From assembly GCA_017472325.1 (NCBI GenBank), contig JAFUQM010000058.1, forward strand, positions 6,003 to 70,002: DNA of 64,000 nucleotides. The letters are read 5' to 3'. Position numbers and translations under genes: made by a program. Shown here piece by piece: positions 27,684-37,319 of this stretch (positions are counted from its first letter, which is position 1; each line of letters begins with the position of its first letter). This DNA comes from Lachnospiraceae bacterium. GTDB taxonomy: Bacteria; Bacillota; Clostridia; Lachnospirales; Lachnospiraceae. The notes beneath the pieces are model-generated. The model saw only the letters and a list, made by a program, of their open reading frames with translations. It did not search any database and was not told the origin of the DNA.

Positions 27684-29516
27684 CTATTTTTTGTTCATAT
27701 TCGCACGTTTTCTTAGCGTAGGGTCTAATATTTTCTTACGGATTCTAAGAGATGTTGGTGTAATCTCCAGTAATTCGTCCGTATCAATAAATTCCAATGC
27801 CTGTTCTAGACTTAAAATTCTTGGCGGAGTCAGACGAAGTGCTTCGTCTGCGCTGGAAGAACGCGTATTGGTAAGCTGTTTTTTCTTACATACATTTAAT
27901 TCAATGTCTTCTGCTTTACCGGTTTGACCAACGACCATACCAGAATATACTTTTTCTCCAGGTCCAATAAATAGTGTACCGCGTTCCTGGGCATTGAACA
28001 AACCATATGTGATTGCTTCGCCTGCTTCAAATGCAATCAGAGAACCTTGTTTACGATACTGTAAATCTCCCTTATAAGGACCGTAACCATCAAAAATTGT
28101 ATTCAGAATACCGTTTCCTTTGGTATCTGTCATAAATTCTCCACGGTATCCGATAAGACCTCTGGAAGGGATAGAGAATTCTAATCTTGTATAGCCGCCA
28201 GAAGCAGCGCCCATATTACGCAGTTCCCCTTTTCGCTGACTTAATTTCTCAATGACAGAGCCAGAGAATTCTTCTGGAACATCAATATAAGCAAGTTCCA
28301 TAGGTTCTAATTTTTTGCCATTTTCATCGGTTTTATATAATACTTCTGCTTTGCTTACTGCAAATTCAAAGCCTTCGCGGCGCATATTTTCGATTAAGAC
28401 AGATAAATGCAATTCACCACGACCGGATACTTTGTAGCTTTCAGTTGTATCTGTTTCCTCTACGCGGAGAGATACGTCAGTATTTAATTCTTTGAATAAT
28501 CTATCACGTAAGTGACGGCTTGTAACATATTTTCCTTCCTGTCCAGCGAGCGGAGAATCATTTACCATAAACTGCATGGCAATGGTAGGTTCGGAAATTT
28601 TCTGGAAAGGAATTGGTTCTGGATTTTCAGGAGAGCAAAGCGTATCACCGATGTGGATATCTGCAATACCGGAAATTGCTACGATAGAACCGATACCAGC
28701 TTCTTTTACTTCTATTTTATTTAATCCATCAAACTCATATAATTTGCTGATTTTTACTTTTTTCTGTTTTTCAGGTTCGTGTGCATTGACAACTACCACT
28801 TCCTGATTGATTTTTACAGAACCATTGTCTACCTTGCCGACTCCGATTCTGCCGACATATTCGTTATAATCAATTGTACTGATTAATACCTGAGTCTCAG
28901 CCTCTGGATCACCAGTTGGCGCAGGAATATAGTCTAGAATGGTTTCAAATAGAGGAACCATATCTGTTCCAGGGGTGTCCATGTCAAGAGATGCGATTCC
29001 AGCTTTTGCGGAAGCAAAGACGAATGGGCATTCTAATTGGTCTTCGTTGGCATCTAAGTCAATAAAGAGTTCTAGTACTTCATCGATTACTTCCGCAGGA
29101 CGAGCTTCAGGTCTGTCAATTTTGTTGATGCAGACAATAACAGGAAGCTGTAATTCTAATGCTTTGCGTAGTACGAACTTGGTTTGTGGCATAGCGCCTT
29201 CAAAGGCGTCGACAACAAGGATAACCCCATTTACCATTTTTAGTACGCGCTCTACCTCTCCACCAAAGTCAGCGTGCCCAGGGGTGTCGATGATGTTAAT
29301 TTTAGTGTCTTTATACATAACGGCGGTATTTTTGGATAAAATTGTAATGCCGCGTTCTCTTTCAATATCATTGGAGTCCATGACGCGTTCTGTGACTGCC
29401 TGATTTTCACGAAATACACCGCTTTGCTTTAAGAGGCCGTCTACCAGTGTTGTCTTTCCGTGGTCAACGTGGGCGATAATGGCAATGTTTCGTACATCAT
29501 TTCTTTCTTGTATCAT
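27684..29516 (-). CDS. typA: Translational GTPase TypA/BipA
   Basis: The start is set at MIQERNDVRNIAIIAHVDHGKTTL (ATG at 29516). The 42-codon upstream extension in the track has no homology logic. Motifs DTPGH and NKID are present, with the BipA C-terminal domain. Confidence 0.93.
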   Translation of the reverse strand: MIQERNDVRNIAIIAHVDHGKTTLVDGLLKQSGVFRENQAVTERVMDSNDIERERGITILSKNTAVMYKDTKINIIDTPGHADFGGEVERVLKMVNGVILVVDAFEGAMPQTKFVLRKALELQLPVIVCINKIDRPEARPAEVIDEVLELFIDLDANEDQLECPFVFASAKAGIASLDMDTPGTDMVPLFETILDYIPAPTGDPEAETQVLISTIDYNEYVGRIGVGKVDNGSVKINQEVVVVNAHEPEKQKKVKISKLYEFDGLNKIEVKEAGIGSIVAISGIADIHIGDTLCSPENPEPIPFQKISEPTIAMQFMVNDSPLAGQEGKYVTSRHLRDRLFKELNTDVSLRVEETDTTESYKVSGRGELHLSVLIENMRREGFEFAVSKAEVLYKTDENGKKLEPMELAYIDVPEEFSGSVIEKLSQRKGELRNMGAASGGYTRLEFSIPSRGLIGYRGEFMTDTKGNGILNTIFDGYGPYKGDLQYRKQGSLIAFEAGEAITYGLFNAQERGTLFIGPGEKVYSGMVVGQTGKAEDIELNVCKKKQLTNTRSSSADEALRLTPPRILSLEQALEFIDTDELLEITPTSLRIRKKILDPTLRKRANMNKK

Positions 29517-29642
29517 ATATAACAAAACCTTTCTTATTATTAAGTTTATTAAGTGTGCAAATGAGTCAGCGACAATTGCGGTCAATGGTCTGCAAGGCGT
29601 GCTGACGCACTGTAGTATAGCACTTGTGAATGTAACTTGCAA

Positions 29643-30353
29643 CTATCTTATGTAAGTAAGAAGTGTATTTACATCTCCATTCATGATTGTGTGTGTAGCA
29701 GATATAGGCTGCGTAACTTCTGGAGATAAATTGCTGTGAATATAGATGCTGTCCATACCAACAGCATTGGCAACACCAATATCGCATTCTACGTCATTGC
29801 CAATCATGACACAATCAGCAATGTTTAGGTGATATGTACTAAGAAGTTCTTTCATAAAAGTAGCCTGTGGTTTTTTGCAACCGGCATCTGAAGAAAGCAA
29901 AATACCGTCAAAATAGGAATAAATGCCAAGCACTCGCATTTCATATTCTGTGAACATACGCTGTGCGTTAGAAAGAAGATAAATCCCTTTTTTCTTTTCG
30001 GTTAGTGTATCAAGCAGGCTCATAACCCCAGGATAAAGTTTTAAATAATCCCTTGATAACACACGGAATGTATGACCCAGATGTGTGATGGTATCGTGGG
30101 AAATAATAATATTTTTATCTTCAAACAGAAACTGGAATACTTTTTCCAGTTGGATTTCAGGATAAGGATAGGGAATATTTTCTTCTAATTCTTTTACATA
30201 GTTACGATAACAAGCGCGTAATTCTTTTGGTGAGTAATGTGCGCCGTAGCAGGCAAACATATCAGCCATTTTTGTCCATAAATATTGCTTACTTTCGTTC
30301 GTATGAATGTCTACCAGAGTTCCGTACAAATCAAAAATATAATCGCGATACAT
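29643..30353 (-). CDS. HAD-superfamily hydrolase (subfamily IA-like)
   Basis: Motif I is FDLYGTLVD. The SNA and GND..CDI motifs are also present. The start at MYRDY (30353) sits behind AAGGAG. Confidence 0.75.
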   Translation of the reverse strand: MYRDYIFDLYGTLVDIHTNESKQYLWTKMADMFACYGAHYSPKELRACYRNYVKELEENIPYPYPEIQLEKVFQFLFEDKNIIISHDTITHLGHTFRVLSRDYLKLYPGVMSLLDTLTEKKKGIYLLSNAQRMFTEYEMRVLGIYSYFDGILLSSDAGCKKPQATFMKELLSTYHLNIADCVMIGNDVECDIGVANAVGMDSIYIHSNLSPEVTQPISATHTIMNGDVNTLLTYIR

Positions 30354-30426
30354 AAACCGTCTCCTTATCATTTGTCAATTATTATAATAATATAGTATCA
30401 TAGCGGATGCTGAAAAAATATGCAAC

Positions 30427-30461
30427 AAAAAAGCCCGAGGGGGGAATCCTTCAGGCTTTTT
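30427..30461. terminator. Orphan bidirectional terminator-like hairpin in a divergent intergenic region
   Basis: AAAAAAGCCCGAGGGG..CCTTCAGGCTTTTT is flanked by A- and T-tracts. No convergent genes surround it. Confidence 0.55.
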
Positions 30462-30850
30462 GTTTGTGTAAAAGGGGAATTCTCTCGGAATGCGATAGAT
30501 TCGCAAACCGTGAATCTATTAACATTATATTATCCGGAAAAACATAAATCTACAAGTATATTAGGTAAAAATAACACTATATTGCTGGCAGTTTTAGCGT
30601 GGTAAAGAAATTTTCGAGAAATTTCGCAATATAAAAGAAATAGTCGAACAATTAAGTGAATTTTGTGAAAATTTATAAATTATAAATAAAATGTATAAAT
30701 ATAAAAGATTTATTAAATTTTGAAATAATAACCTAAAATACTTGCAACAAGAGTAAAAACGAGTAAAAATGATAGGGGTACAAATGGTATACAAAATAAG
30801 ATTTATACTAAAAATCTGGATATACCCATAAAGGAGAGAAGCAAAATATT

Positions 30851-32557
30851 ATGAAAAAATGGAAACAGTGTATTGGCATGATAACAGCATGCGTTTTGAC
30901 AACAACATATGTGACCGGATGTAGTACAGTAGAGGATGAGGTTGTGAAACCGGATATCGTTACAGTAGAGGCACAGACTCCTATAGTAGGAGATATGGTG
31001 TTAACAAATGAATTTATTGGTGCAATTGCACCACAGGAAGAAGTCTATGTGATGTCTATGGTCTCGGCAGAAGTCATGGAAAATTTTGTTGCTGTTGGAG
31101 ATTTTGTAGAAGAAGGAGATACACTTTGTAAGTTAGATGATAAAGCTGCACAGCTTACACTGGCGAATGCAAACGCGGCGTATGATTCTGCAAAAGCGGG
31201 TGTTGCACAGGCACAGGGTGCGGCAACACAGCTTCAGGATCTTCAAACGCAGTCTAATATCAATGCATTAGAGGCGCAGATAAGTTCAACAGAGAAAACG
31301 ATTACAGATACGAACAATGATTTGAAAGATACAGCAGAGAATTTAGAAGATGCAAAGGAAGCAGCTGATGCAGCAAAGAAGGCTGTTAATAAAGCTACTA
31401 AAATGTATAAAACAGCAACCACTATTGCAACAACATGGGGAACTCTCCAGGCAACGGACCCAACGTATGCAGGAAAGACGATATCTGATGCAGTAGTAAC
31501 GGCAACAACAATTATTGCTACTTATGAAGCAGAAACAGCACAACCAATGGCACTGACATATACGAAAGAACAGTATGAAACAGCAAAAACAGTTGTGGAA
31601 CTTGCATCCAAGATGACGAAGTCAGGGTTAACTGAGGCTTCCTTGACAGAAGCAGGTATCAAAGCATTGGCTGAGACAGTAACGAAGGCACAGACAGCGT
31701 ACCAGAGTGCAGCAACAGCAGAAGCGCAGTTAGAAGCGCAGAGAAAAGGATATCAGCAGGGGGTGGAATCTGCGCAGGAAGGTCTTGGGACATTAAAAGA
31801 TAATTTAGAAACGGCAAAACAGACAGCGGCTATTTCCCAGGGACAGGCGAGAGAAGAACAGAATGCAGTTTATGAAGCACAATTAGAAGCAGCAAGCGTA
31901 GGAATACAATCTGCGCAGATGCAGCTTGATATGTATACGTTGACAGCGCCGATTAGCGGAACAGTAGAGGCAGTTAATGTATCGGAGCATGGCTTTGCAA
32001 CAACAGGCAATCCAGCTTATATTATTTCTAATAAAGATAGTATGACAACAACCTTCTCTGTTAGTGAAGGTGTCAGAAATACATTGGCGGTGGGCCAGAA
32101 GATTACAGTAGATAAAAACGGTACAATATTCGAGGGGAATATTACAGAAATTTCAGCTATGGTGAATGCGCAGACAGGATTATTTACCATTAAAGCCAAT
32201 GTATCCGCTACGGGCGATGAATTGCTAACAGGTACGAAAGTTAAGATTATTACCAATACTTATAATGAGAAAAATACACTGATTATCCCATATGATGCAG
32301 TGTATTATGACAACGGTCAGGCATATGTATATTGTGTACAGGAAGGGCTGGCAAAAAGGGTAAATGTAGAAACAGGACTTTTTGATGCAACCAATATCTC
32401 TATATTAAGTGGTGTTGATGCTGGTACACAAGTAATTACAACATGGTCTGCTGGTTTAAAAGATGGTGCAACAGTAGCTGTCAAGGAAACTGCCGATATG
32501 ACAGAAGCAGTGACAGAGGAAACTAGTGTTGCAGAAGAAACTATAACGGCAGAATAA
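30851..32557 (+). CDS. Efflux RND periplasmic adaptor (HlyD/MFP family) lipoprotein with a long A/T/Q-rich coiled-coil hairpin
   Basis: Lipobox VTGCS. Lipoyl-like motifs (V.EGD.L..LD and APISGTV) flank about 250 aa of coiled coil. A C-terminal beta-barrel domain follows. Confidence 0.8.
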   Translation: MKKWKQCIGMITACVLTTTYVTGCSTVEDEVVKPDIVTVEAQTPIVGDMVLTNEFIGAIAPQEEVYVMSMVSAEVMENFVAVGDFVEEGDTLCKLDDKAAQLTLANANAAYDSAKAGVAQAQGAATQLQDLQTQSNINALEAQISSTEKTITDTNNDLKDTAENLEDAKEAADAAKKAVNKATKMYKTATTIATTWGTLQATDPTYAGKTISDAVVTATTIIATYEAETAQPMALTYTKEQYETAKTVVELASKMTKSGLTEASLTEAGIKALAETVTKAQTAYQSAATAEAQLEAQRKGYQQGVESAQEGLGTLKDNLETAKQTAAISQGQAREEQNAVYEAQLEAASVGIQSAQMQLDMYTLTAPISGTVEAVNVSEHGFATTGNPAYIISNKDSMTTTFSVSEGVRNTLAVGQKITVDKNGTIFEGNITEISAMVNAQTGLFTIKANVSATGDELLTGTKVKIITNTYNEKNTLIIPYDAVYYDNGQAYVYCVQEGLAKRVNVETGLFDATNISILSGVDAGTQVITTWSAGLKDGATVAVKETADMTEAVTEETSVAEETITAE

Positions 32558-32577
32558 AATAGCAGAGGAGAATTCGT

Positions 32578-35500
32578 ATGGATATAACCAAATTAGCATT
32601 AAAACGACCGGTCTCAGCTATTTTGATTGTGTTATCGTTAGTTGTGTTCGGTATTAGTTCTATTTTTGGATTTAAGCTGGAACTGCAGCCTGATATGGAG
32701 ATGCCGATGTTACTCGTTGTAACAGTATATCCAGGAGCTGATCCTACCAGCGTGGAAGAGCTTGTAACAAAAGAGATTGAAGCGGCAGGTTCTAAGTTAA
32801 GTGGTGTGGATACATATACATCACAGTCATCAGAGAATACCTCGATTGTCATGTTTTCATATGATTATGATATTGATATTGATGATGCGTATTTGGATTT
32901 GCGCGCGGCATTGGATACGGCTTCGGCAAGTTTGCCAACAGATGCGCAAAAGCCGTATATCATGGAACTTTCTATGGATGCGACTGATACTATGACAATA
33001 TCGGCTACTGCAGTAGGGAATATAGACTTATTATCTTATGTTGAAAATACAATTGTACCAGAGTTAGAGACCGTCATCAGTATTGCAGATGTAAATGTAT
33101 ACGGCGGACGTGAGAACTATATCAAAGTACAATTGGATGAAAATGCCATGAAACAATACGGATTGACCATGTCTAGTATTGCCCAGTACATGGCGGCTGT
33201 TGATTTTAATGTTCCAGCAGGTACTGTTACACAGGGAACGCAGGACTTGAGTGTAGCCAGCAGTGCTAGTACAACAAGTATAAGTGAGCTTAGAGATATT
33301 CCGATTATCACAAGTTCAGGGAGTCTCATTACATTAAATGATGTGGCAGATATTTATGAGAGTTCAAGAGATGCGGACAGTATCAGTCGTTTTAACGGCA
33401 ATGATAACATTAGCATTGGTGTACAAAAGAAACAAAGTTATGGTACTGTGAATGCTGCCAATGATGTCAAACGTGTACTTGAGACTATTCGACATAGCAA
33501 TGATGCTGTACAGCTAGACGTAGTATATGATGCAAGTGAGACAATTATCAGTTCTTTGACAAGTGTTGCAGAGACGCTGATACTTGGTATTGTACTTTCT
33601 ATGTTTGTATTGTTTTTGTTTTTTGGAGATTTTAAGGCCAGTCTGATTGTTGGAAGTTCTATGCCTGTGGCGCTTTTAGCGACATTGGTACTCATGGGTG
33701 CTATGGACTTTTCTTTGAATATCATTACAACGGGGTCACTTGTGATTGCCATAGGTATGATGGTAGATAGTTCAATTGTCGTCATAGAAAGTTGTTTCCG
33801 TCTGAAAGAGGAAGAAGAGGACTATAAGGTAGCGGCATTGAAGGGGACAAAAGTTGTTGCTGCATCCATCATTGCATCTACGATTACGACGATTGTTGTA
33901 TATTTGCCATTGAGTGTTATGGATGGATTGTCAGGACAGCTTTTTGCACAGCTTGGCTTTACGATTGTATTTGCAATGTTGGCATCTTTGATTGCAGCGC
34001 TAACGTTAGTGCCGCTGTTCTTTTCTAAGTTTAAGCCAAAGGAAAAGACAGAACTGCCAATTAATAAAGTATTAGAAAAAGTAAACAGAGGATATGAAAA
34101 ATTACTTCGTAAAATTTTATATCGCAAGAAGACTGCCGTTTTAGTGGCGGTGCTGATGCTCGTACTTTCGGTACTGATGGTGGCGAATACGAATATGGAA
34201 TTGATGCCACAGGTTGATGAAGGTACATTTTCGATTACTGCGCAGTTTCGTTCGGGTACGAGACTTGAAACAGTAGAAGAATCGGTTGCCTTTATTGAAG
34301 ATATGGTCAGCACAGATGAAAAAGTAGCGAGTTATTCTATTACAATCTCAGATAGCAAGGCAACTATCAGTGCATATTTAAAAGATGATATTTCGGATTC
34401 TACTGCGAGTGTGGTAGAGGCATATGCAACACGGCTTGCGGAAGTGCCTAATATGGATATCAGCGTTGCGGCAAGCGGTTCTAATATGACAAGTATGCTT
34501 TCTTCTAGCAGTAAAGAAATTGATTTGAGTGGGTATGATCTTGTAAGTTTAAAAACAGCAGCTTCACAGGTAGAAGAAATGATGAAGCAAGTTCCTGGTG
34601 TTATTAGAGTTTCTTCCGATATCTCAAAGGCATCTACAGAAGCGCATGTTGTTGTTGATCCACTAAAGGCAATGAGCGTAGGGCTGACACCGATTCAGGT
34701 GGCAATGGAACTAAATTATGCACTCAGTGGTATGGAAGCAGTGACCTTGACGAATGCAGGGGAAGAATATAGTGTGCGTCTGGAATATCCAGAAGGCAGC
34801 TATACAGATATGAATGATTTGATGAACATGTCACTGGCATCCCCCTATGGTATGCAGGTACCATTAACTGAAATAGCATCCGTAGAATATACAGATGCAC
34901 CTGAGACCTTGATTCGAGTGGATGGTATCTATCAGGTAGCAGTAACAGCAGCAACAACAGAAGCGGCAAAATTTACAGCCAGTGATGAAATAGAACGTCT
35001 GATGGAGGATATGGAATTTGAAGGTGGTGTGTATCGTACACAGAGTACAATGGATATGATGATTTATGAAGAATTCAAAGCAATTCTTACCGCAATTGCA
35101 GTTGCAGTATTTCTTGTATTTCTTGTTATGGCGATGCAGTTTGAATCACCTAGATTTTCAGGTATGGTCATGATGAGTGTACCATTTAGTGTCATAGGTT
35201 CTTTTTTGTTGTTGTTTATTACAGGAACTACACTTAGTATGGTGTCTTTGATGGGACTTTTGATGTTAGTTGGTATTGTTGTAAATAATGGTATTTTATA
35301 TGTAGATACTGTCAATATGCTGCGTGAGACAATTTCGTTAGAAGATGCGCTGATTCAGAGTGGTCAGTTAAGACTCCGTCCGATTCTAATGACAACATTG
35401 ACTACAATTTTATCTATGTTGCCATTGGCATTTGGTATTGGAGATGGTGGTGTCCTCATGCAGGGTATGGCGCTTGTTATTATAGGTGGACTTGTGGCTT

Positions 35501-35589
35501 CTACGATTTTGATTTTGATATTGATGCCATCCTTCTATCTAATAATCGACAAAAAACCACAAAAGGAAGAAGCTTTGTGCGATAACTAA
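32578..35589 (+). CDS. RND efflux permease (AcrB/AcrD/AcrF family)
   Basis: 1003 aa with a 12-TM architecture and two large extracytoplasmic loops. The N-terminus is LKRPVSAILIVLSLVVFG. Conserved blocks include AIGMMVDSSIVVIE and VGIVVNNGILYVD. Confidence 0.9.
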   Translation: MDITKLALKRPVSAILIVLSLVVFGISSIFGFKLELQPDMEMPMLLVVTVYPGADPTSVEELVTKEIEAAGSKLSGVDTYTSQSSENTSIVMFSYDYDIDIDDAYLDLRAALDTASASLPTDAQKPYIMELSMDATDTMTISATAVGNIDLLSYVENTIVPELETVISIADVNVYGGRENYIKVQLDENAMKQYGLTMSSIAQYMAAVDFNVPAGTVTQGTQDLSVASSASTTSISELRDIPIITSSGSLITLNDVADIYESSRDADSISRFNGNDNISIGVQKKQSYGTVNAANDVKRVLETIRHSNDAVQLDVVYDASETIISSLTSVAETLILGIVLSMFVLFLFFGDFKASLIVGSSMPVALLATLVLMGAMDFSLNIITTGSLVIAIGMMVDSSIVVIESCFRLKEEEEDYKVAALKGTKVVAASIIASTITTIVVYLPLSVMDGLSGQLFAQLGFTIVFAMLASLIAALTLVPLFFSKFKPKEKTELPINKVLEKVNRGYEKLLRKILYRKKTAVLVAVLMLVLSVLMVANTNMELMPQVDEGTFSITAQFRSGTRLETVEESVAFIEDMVSTDEKVASYSITISDSKATISAYLKDDISDSTASVVEAYATRLAEVPNMDISVAASGSNMTSMLSSSSKEIDLSGYDLVSLKTAASQVEEMMKQVPGVIRVSSDISKASTEAHVVVDPLKAMSVGLTPIQVAMELNYALSGMEAVTLTNAGEEYSVRLEYPEGSYTDMNDLMNMSLASPYGMQVPLTEIASVEYTDAPETLIRVDGIYQVAVTAATTEAAKFTASDEIERLMEDMEFEGGVYRTQSTMDMMIYEEFKAILTAIAVAVFLVFLVMAMQFESPRFSGMVMMSVPFSVIGSFLLLFITGTTLSMVSLMGLLMLVGIVVNNGILYVDTVNMLRETISLEDALIQSGQLRLRPILMTTLTTILSMLPLAFGIGDGGVLMQGMALVIIGGLVASTILILILMPSFYLIIDKKPQKEEALCDN

Positions 35590-35673
35590 AAGTTCTACTT
35601 TTGGTCCTTGAGAATATAATTAGTAATACATGACAGGAAAAAATTCTTAAAGGATAAGAAGGGAGAACTAAAA

Positions 35674-36321
35674 ATGACAGATAAGGTAATTGAAAACAAT
35701 CAGGTAATGATTATGGGTGAGGTTGTAGGAGACTTCAGCTTTAGTCATGAGATTTTCGGAGAAGGCTTCTATATGGTAGATGTAGAAGTGGCAAGATTAA
35801 GTGACTCGGCGGATGTGATACCCGTTATGGTTTCAGAGAGGTTGCTTGATGTGACGCAAAGCTATATCGGACGGTATATTTCTGTAACAGGACAATTTCG
35901 TTCTTATAACAGACATGAGGAACGGAAAAACAGACTGGTATTGTCTTTGTTTGCAAGAGAAATAGAATTTATGGATGAAAAAGACATGATTCTTGAAATA
36001 GAAGAAAATGCAAAAACAAACCAGATTTTTTTGGATGGATATATCTGCAAGGAGCCGATTTACCGGAAAACACCACTTGGAAGAGAAATTGCCGATTTAC
36101 TTCTCGCGGTAAACAGACCCTATGGAAAATCTGACTATATACCATGTATCTGCTGGGGAAGAAATGCCAGATATGCAAGTGGATTAGAGGTAGGAACAAG
36201 ATGCAAAGTTTGGGGGAGAATCCAGAGTCGCGAATATATGAAAAAGATTGCAGAAGAACAATTAGAAAAGAGAATTGCATTTGAGGTTTCTGTGAGTAAG
36301 TTAGAGATTATAGAAGATTAA
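35674..36321 (+). CDS. SSB-like protein with two tandem OB folds
   Basis: Two internally similar halves. The first is VMIMGEVV...V.V.R.S...D.IPVMV...G..I.V.GQFRSYN. The second is IFLDGYICKEPIYR.T..GREIADLLLAVNR...SDYIPCICWGRNA......G....V.GRIQSREY. No acidic C-terminal SSB tip is present. Confidence 0.5.
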   Translation: MTDKVIENNQVMIMGEVVGDFSFSHEIFGEGFYMVDVEVARLSDSADVIPVMVSERLLDVTQSYIGRYISVTGQFRSYNRHEERKNRLVLSLFAREIEFMDEKDMILEIEENAKTNQIFLDGYICKEPIYRKTPLGREIADLLLAVNRPYGKSDYIPCICWGRNARYASGLEVGTRCKVWGRIQSREYMKKIAEEQLEKRIAFEVSVSKLEIIED

Positions 36322-36417
36322 TATTTGCTTTCTTTCCATTTCTGTGATATAGTACCTACGTGCTTAAACTATGATAACCGCACTAAAAAAGGCGGAGAAT
36401 ACTATAGGAGACAGGGT

Positions 36418-36900
36418 ATGATACATATTTATAGTGGTGACGGACATGGAAAGTCACCAGCAGCAATGGGGAGAGCAATTCAGGCAGCAGCCCAAGGGGA
36501 AAACGTAGTTATTATTCAGTTTTTGAAGGGAAAATCTGACGAGACAAGTGAATTTTTTAAGAGGCTGGAACCGGAGATTAAAATTTTTAGCTTTGAGAAA
36601 TCGGATGCCGTGTTTGAAGAATTGTCAAAAGAACGTCAGTTTGAAGAAATCCAGAATATCAAGAATGGCATGAACTATGCAAGAAAAGTTCTTAGCACAG
36701 GAGAATGTGATGTGTTGATTCTGGATGAGGTATTGGGTCTTCTTGATAATAATATCATTACGATTGACGATTTGAAGCAGGTGCTTGATGCCAAATCCGA
36801 GGAAACAGATATTATCATGACAGGAATTCAGTTAAGTGATGAAATATGTGTTTTAGCAGATGAAATTTCAAAAATAGAGACTCTGAAATTTCCCAATTGA
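36418..36900 (+). CDS. CobA/CobO/BtuR-like P-loop protein (cob(I)yrinic acid a,c-diamide adenosyltransferase family) with a degenerate P-loop
   Basis: Start at the ATG 36418, behind GGAG. Blocks YSGDGHGKSPAAMGRA...VVIIQFLKG and DVLILDEV are present, along with DIIMTG. Confidence 0.6.
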   Translation: MIHIYSGDGHGKSPAAMGRAIQAAAQGENVVIIQFLKGKSDETSEFFKRLEPEIKIFSFEKSDAVFEELSKERQFEEIQNIKNGMNYARKVLSTGECDVLILDEVLGLLDNNIITIDDLKQVLDAKSEETDIIMTGIQLSDEICVLADEISKIETLKFPN

Positions 36901-36957
36901 TAAAAATTTGAAAAAGTAATATATAGGAAAATAGCAAACAATCATAGCATGAAGTCG

Positions 36958-36986
36958 TTGACAGCAATACGGGAGCGTGCTATGAT
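36958..36986 (+). promoter_or_regulatory. Candidate sigma-A promoter for the L-box-dapA leader
   Basis: TTGACA (36958-36963), a 17-nt spacer and TATGAT (36981-36986). Confidence 0.55.
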
Positions 36987-37035
36987 TATTTTGTTGCATA
37001 AGACAATTACGAAGCATAAAGATGTTTTGGTAATA

Positions 37036-37206
37036 GAGTATGATAGAGGTTGCGGATTTCAAGAGTAACTTTTCAGATGTGGCAGGCACAGAAGAAGAAA
37101 AGGGAAAGGGGAATGCGCCGAAAGAAACAATGAACACTGTAGCTTGTTTCTTGGGCATGCATTTAAGAAGTGTATGACTGTCATCTGCAAAGATGGGGAG
37201 CTATCA
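37036..37206 (+). promoter_or_regulatory. Lysine riboswitch (L-box) aptamer
   Basis: The conserved blocks appear in order: AGAGGTTGCG, AGAGTAAC, GGGGAATGCGCCGAAAG, ACTGTCA and TGGGGAGCTATC. Confidence 0.85.
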
Positions 37207-37232
37207 AAAGTTTATTTTAGTGTGAACTTGTA

Positions 37233-37261
37233 GACCAACCCCATATAGAGGTTGGTTTTTT
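37233..37261 (+). terminator. L-box expression-platform terminator
   Basis: CCAACC-CCATATAGA-GGTTGG followed by TTTTTT. Confidence 0.75.
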
Positions 37262-37319
37262 AGTTGCATAAGACAGTACACAGTGTGTACTGATGTTTCG
37301 AGTTTAAAGGAGGAGAATC

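Noticed and set aside
29517-29642. The ORF track extends TypA by 42 codons at the N-terminus. Similar upstream extensions exist for the NUDIX gene, cysE, dapB, pyrE, purE, the CobA-like gene, the HAD gene and degV.
   Set aside because: In each case an internal ATG preceded by a good Shine-Dalgarno coincides with where family-conserved sequence begins. The extensions overlap upstream genes or leaders.
30594-30794. A 66-aa minus-strand ORF lies in the AT-rich region upstream of the RND operon.
   Set aside because: It has very AT-rich, Phe/Ile/Leu/Asn-biased composition typical of random ORFs in AT-rich promoters, with no RBS. The region more likely holds promoter or operator elements, such as the GAAATTTTCGAGAAATTTCG near-repeat at about 30608-30627.
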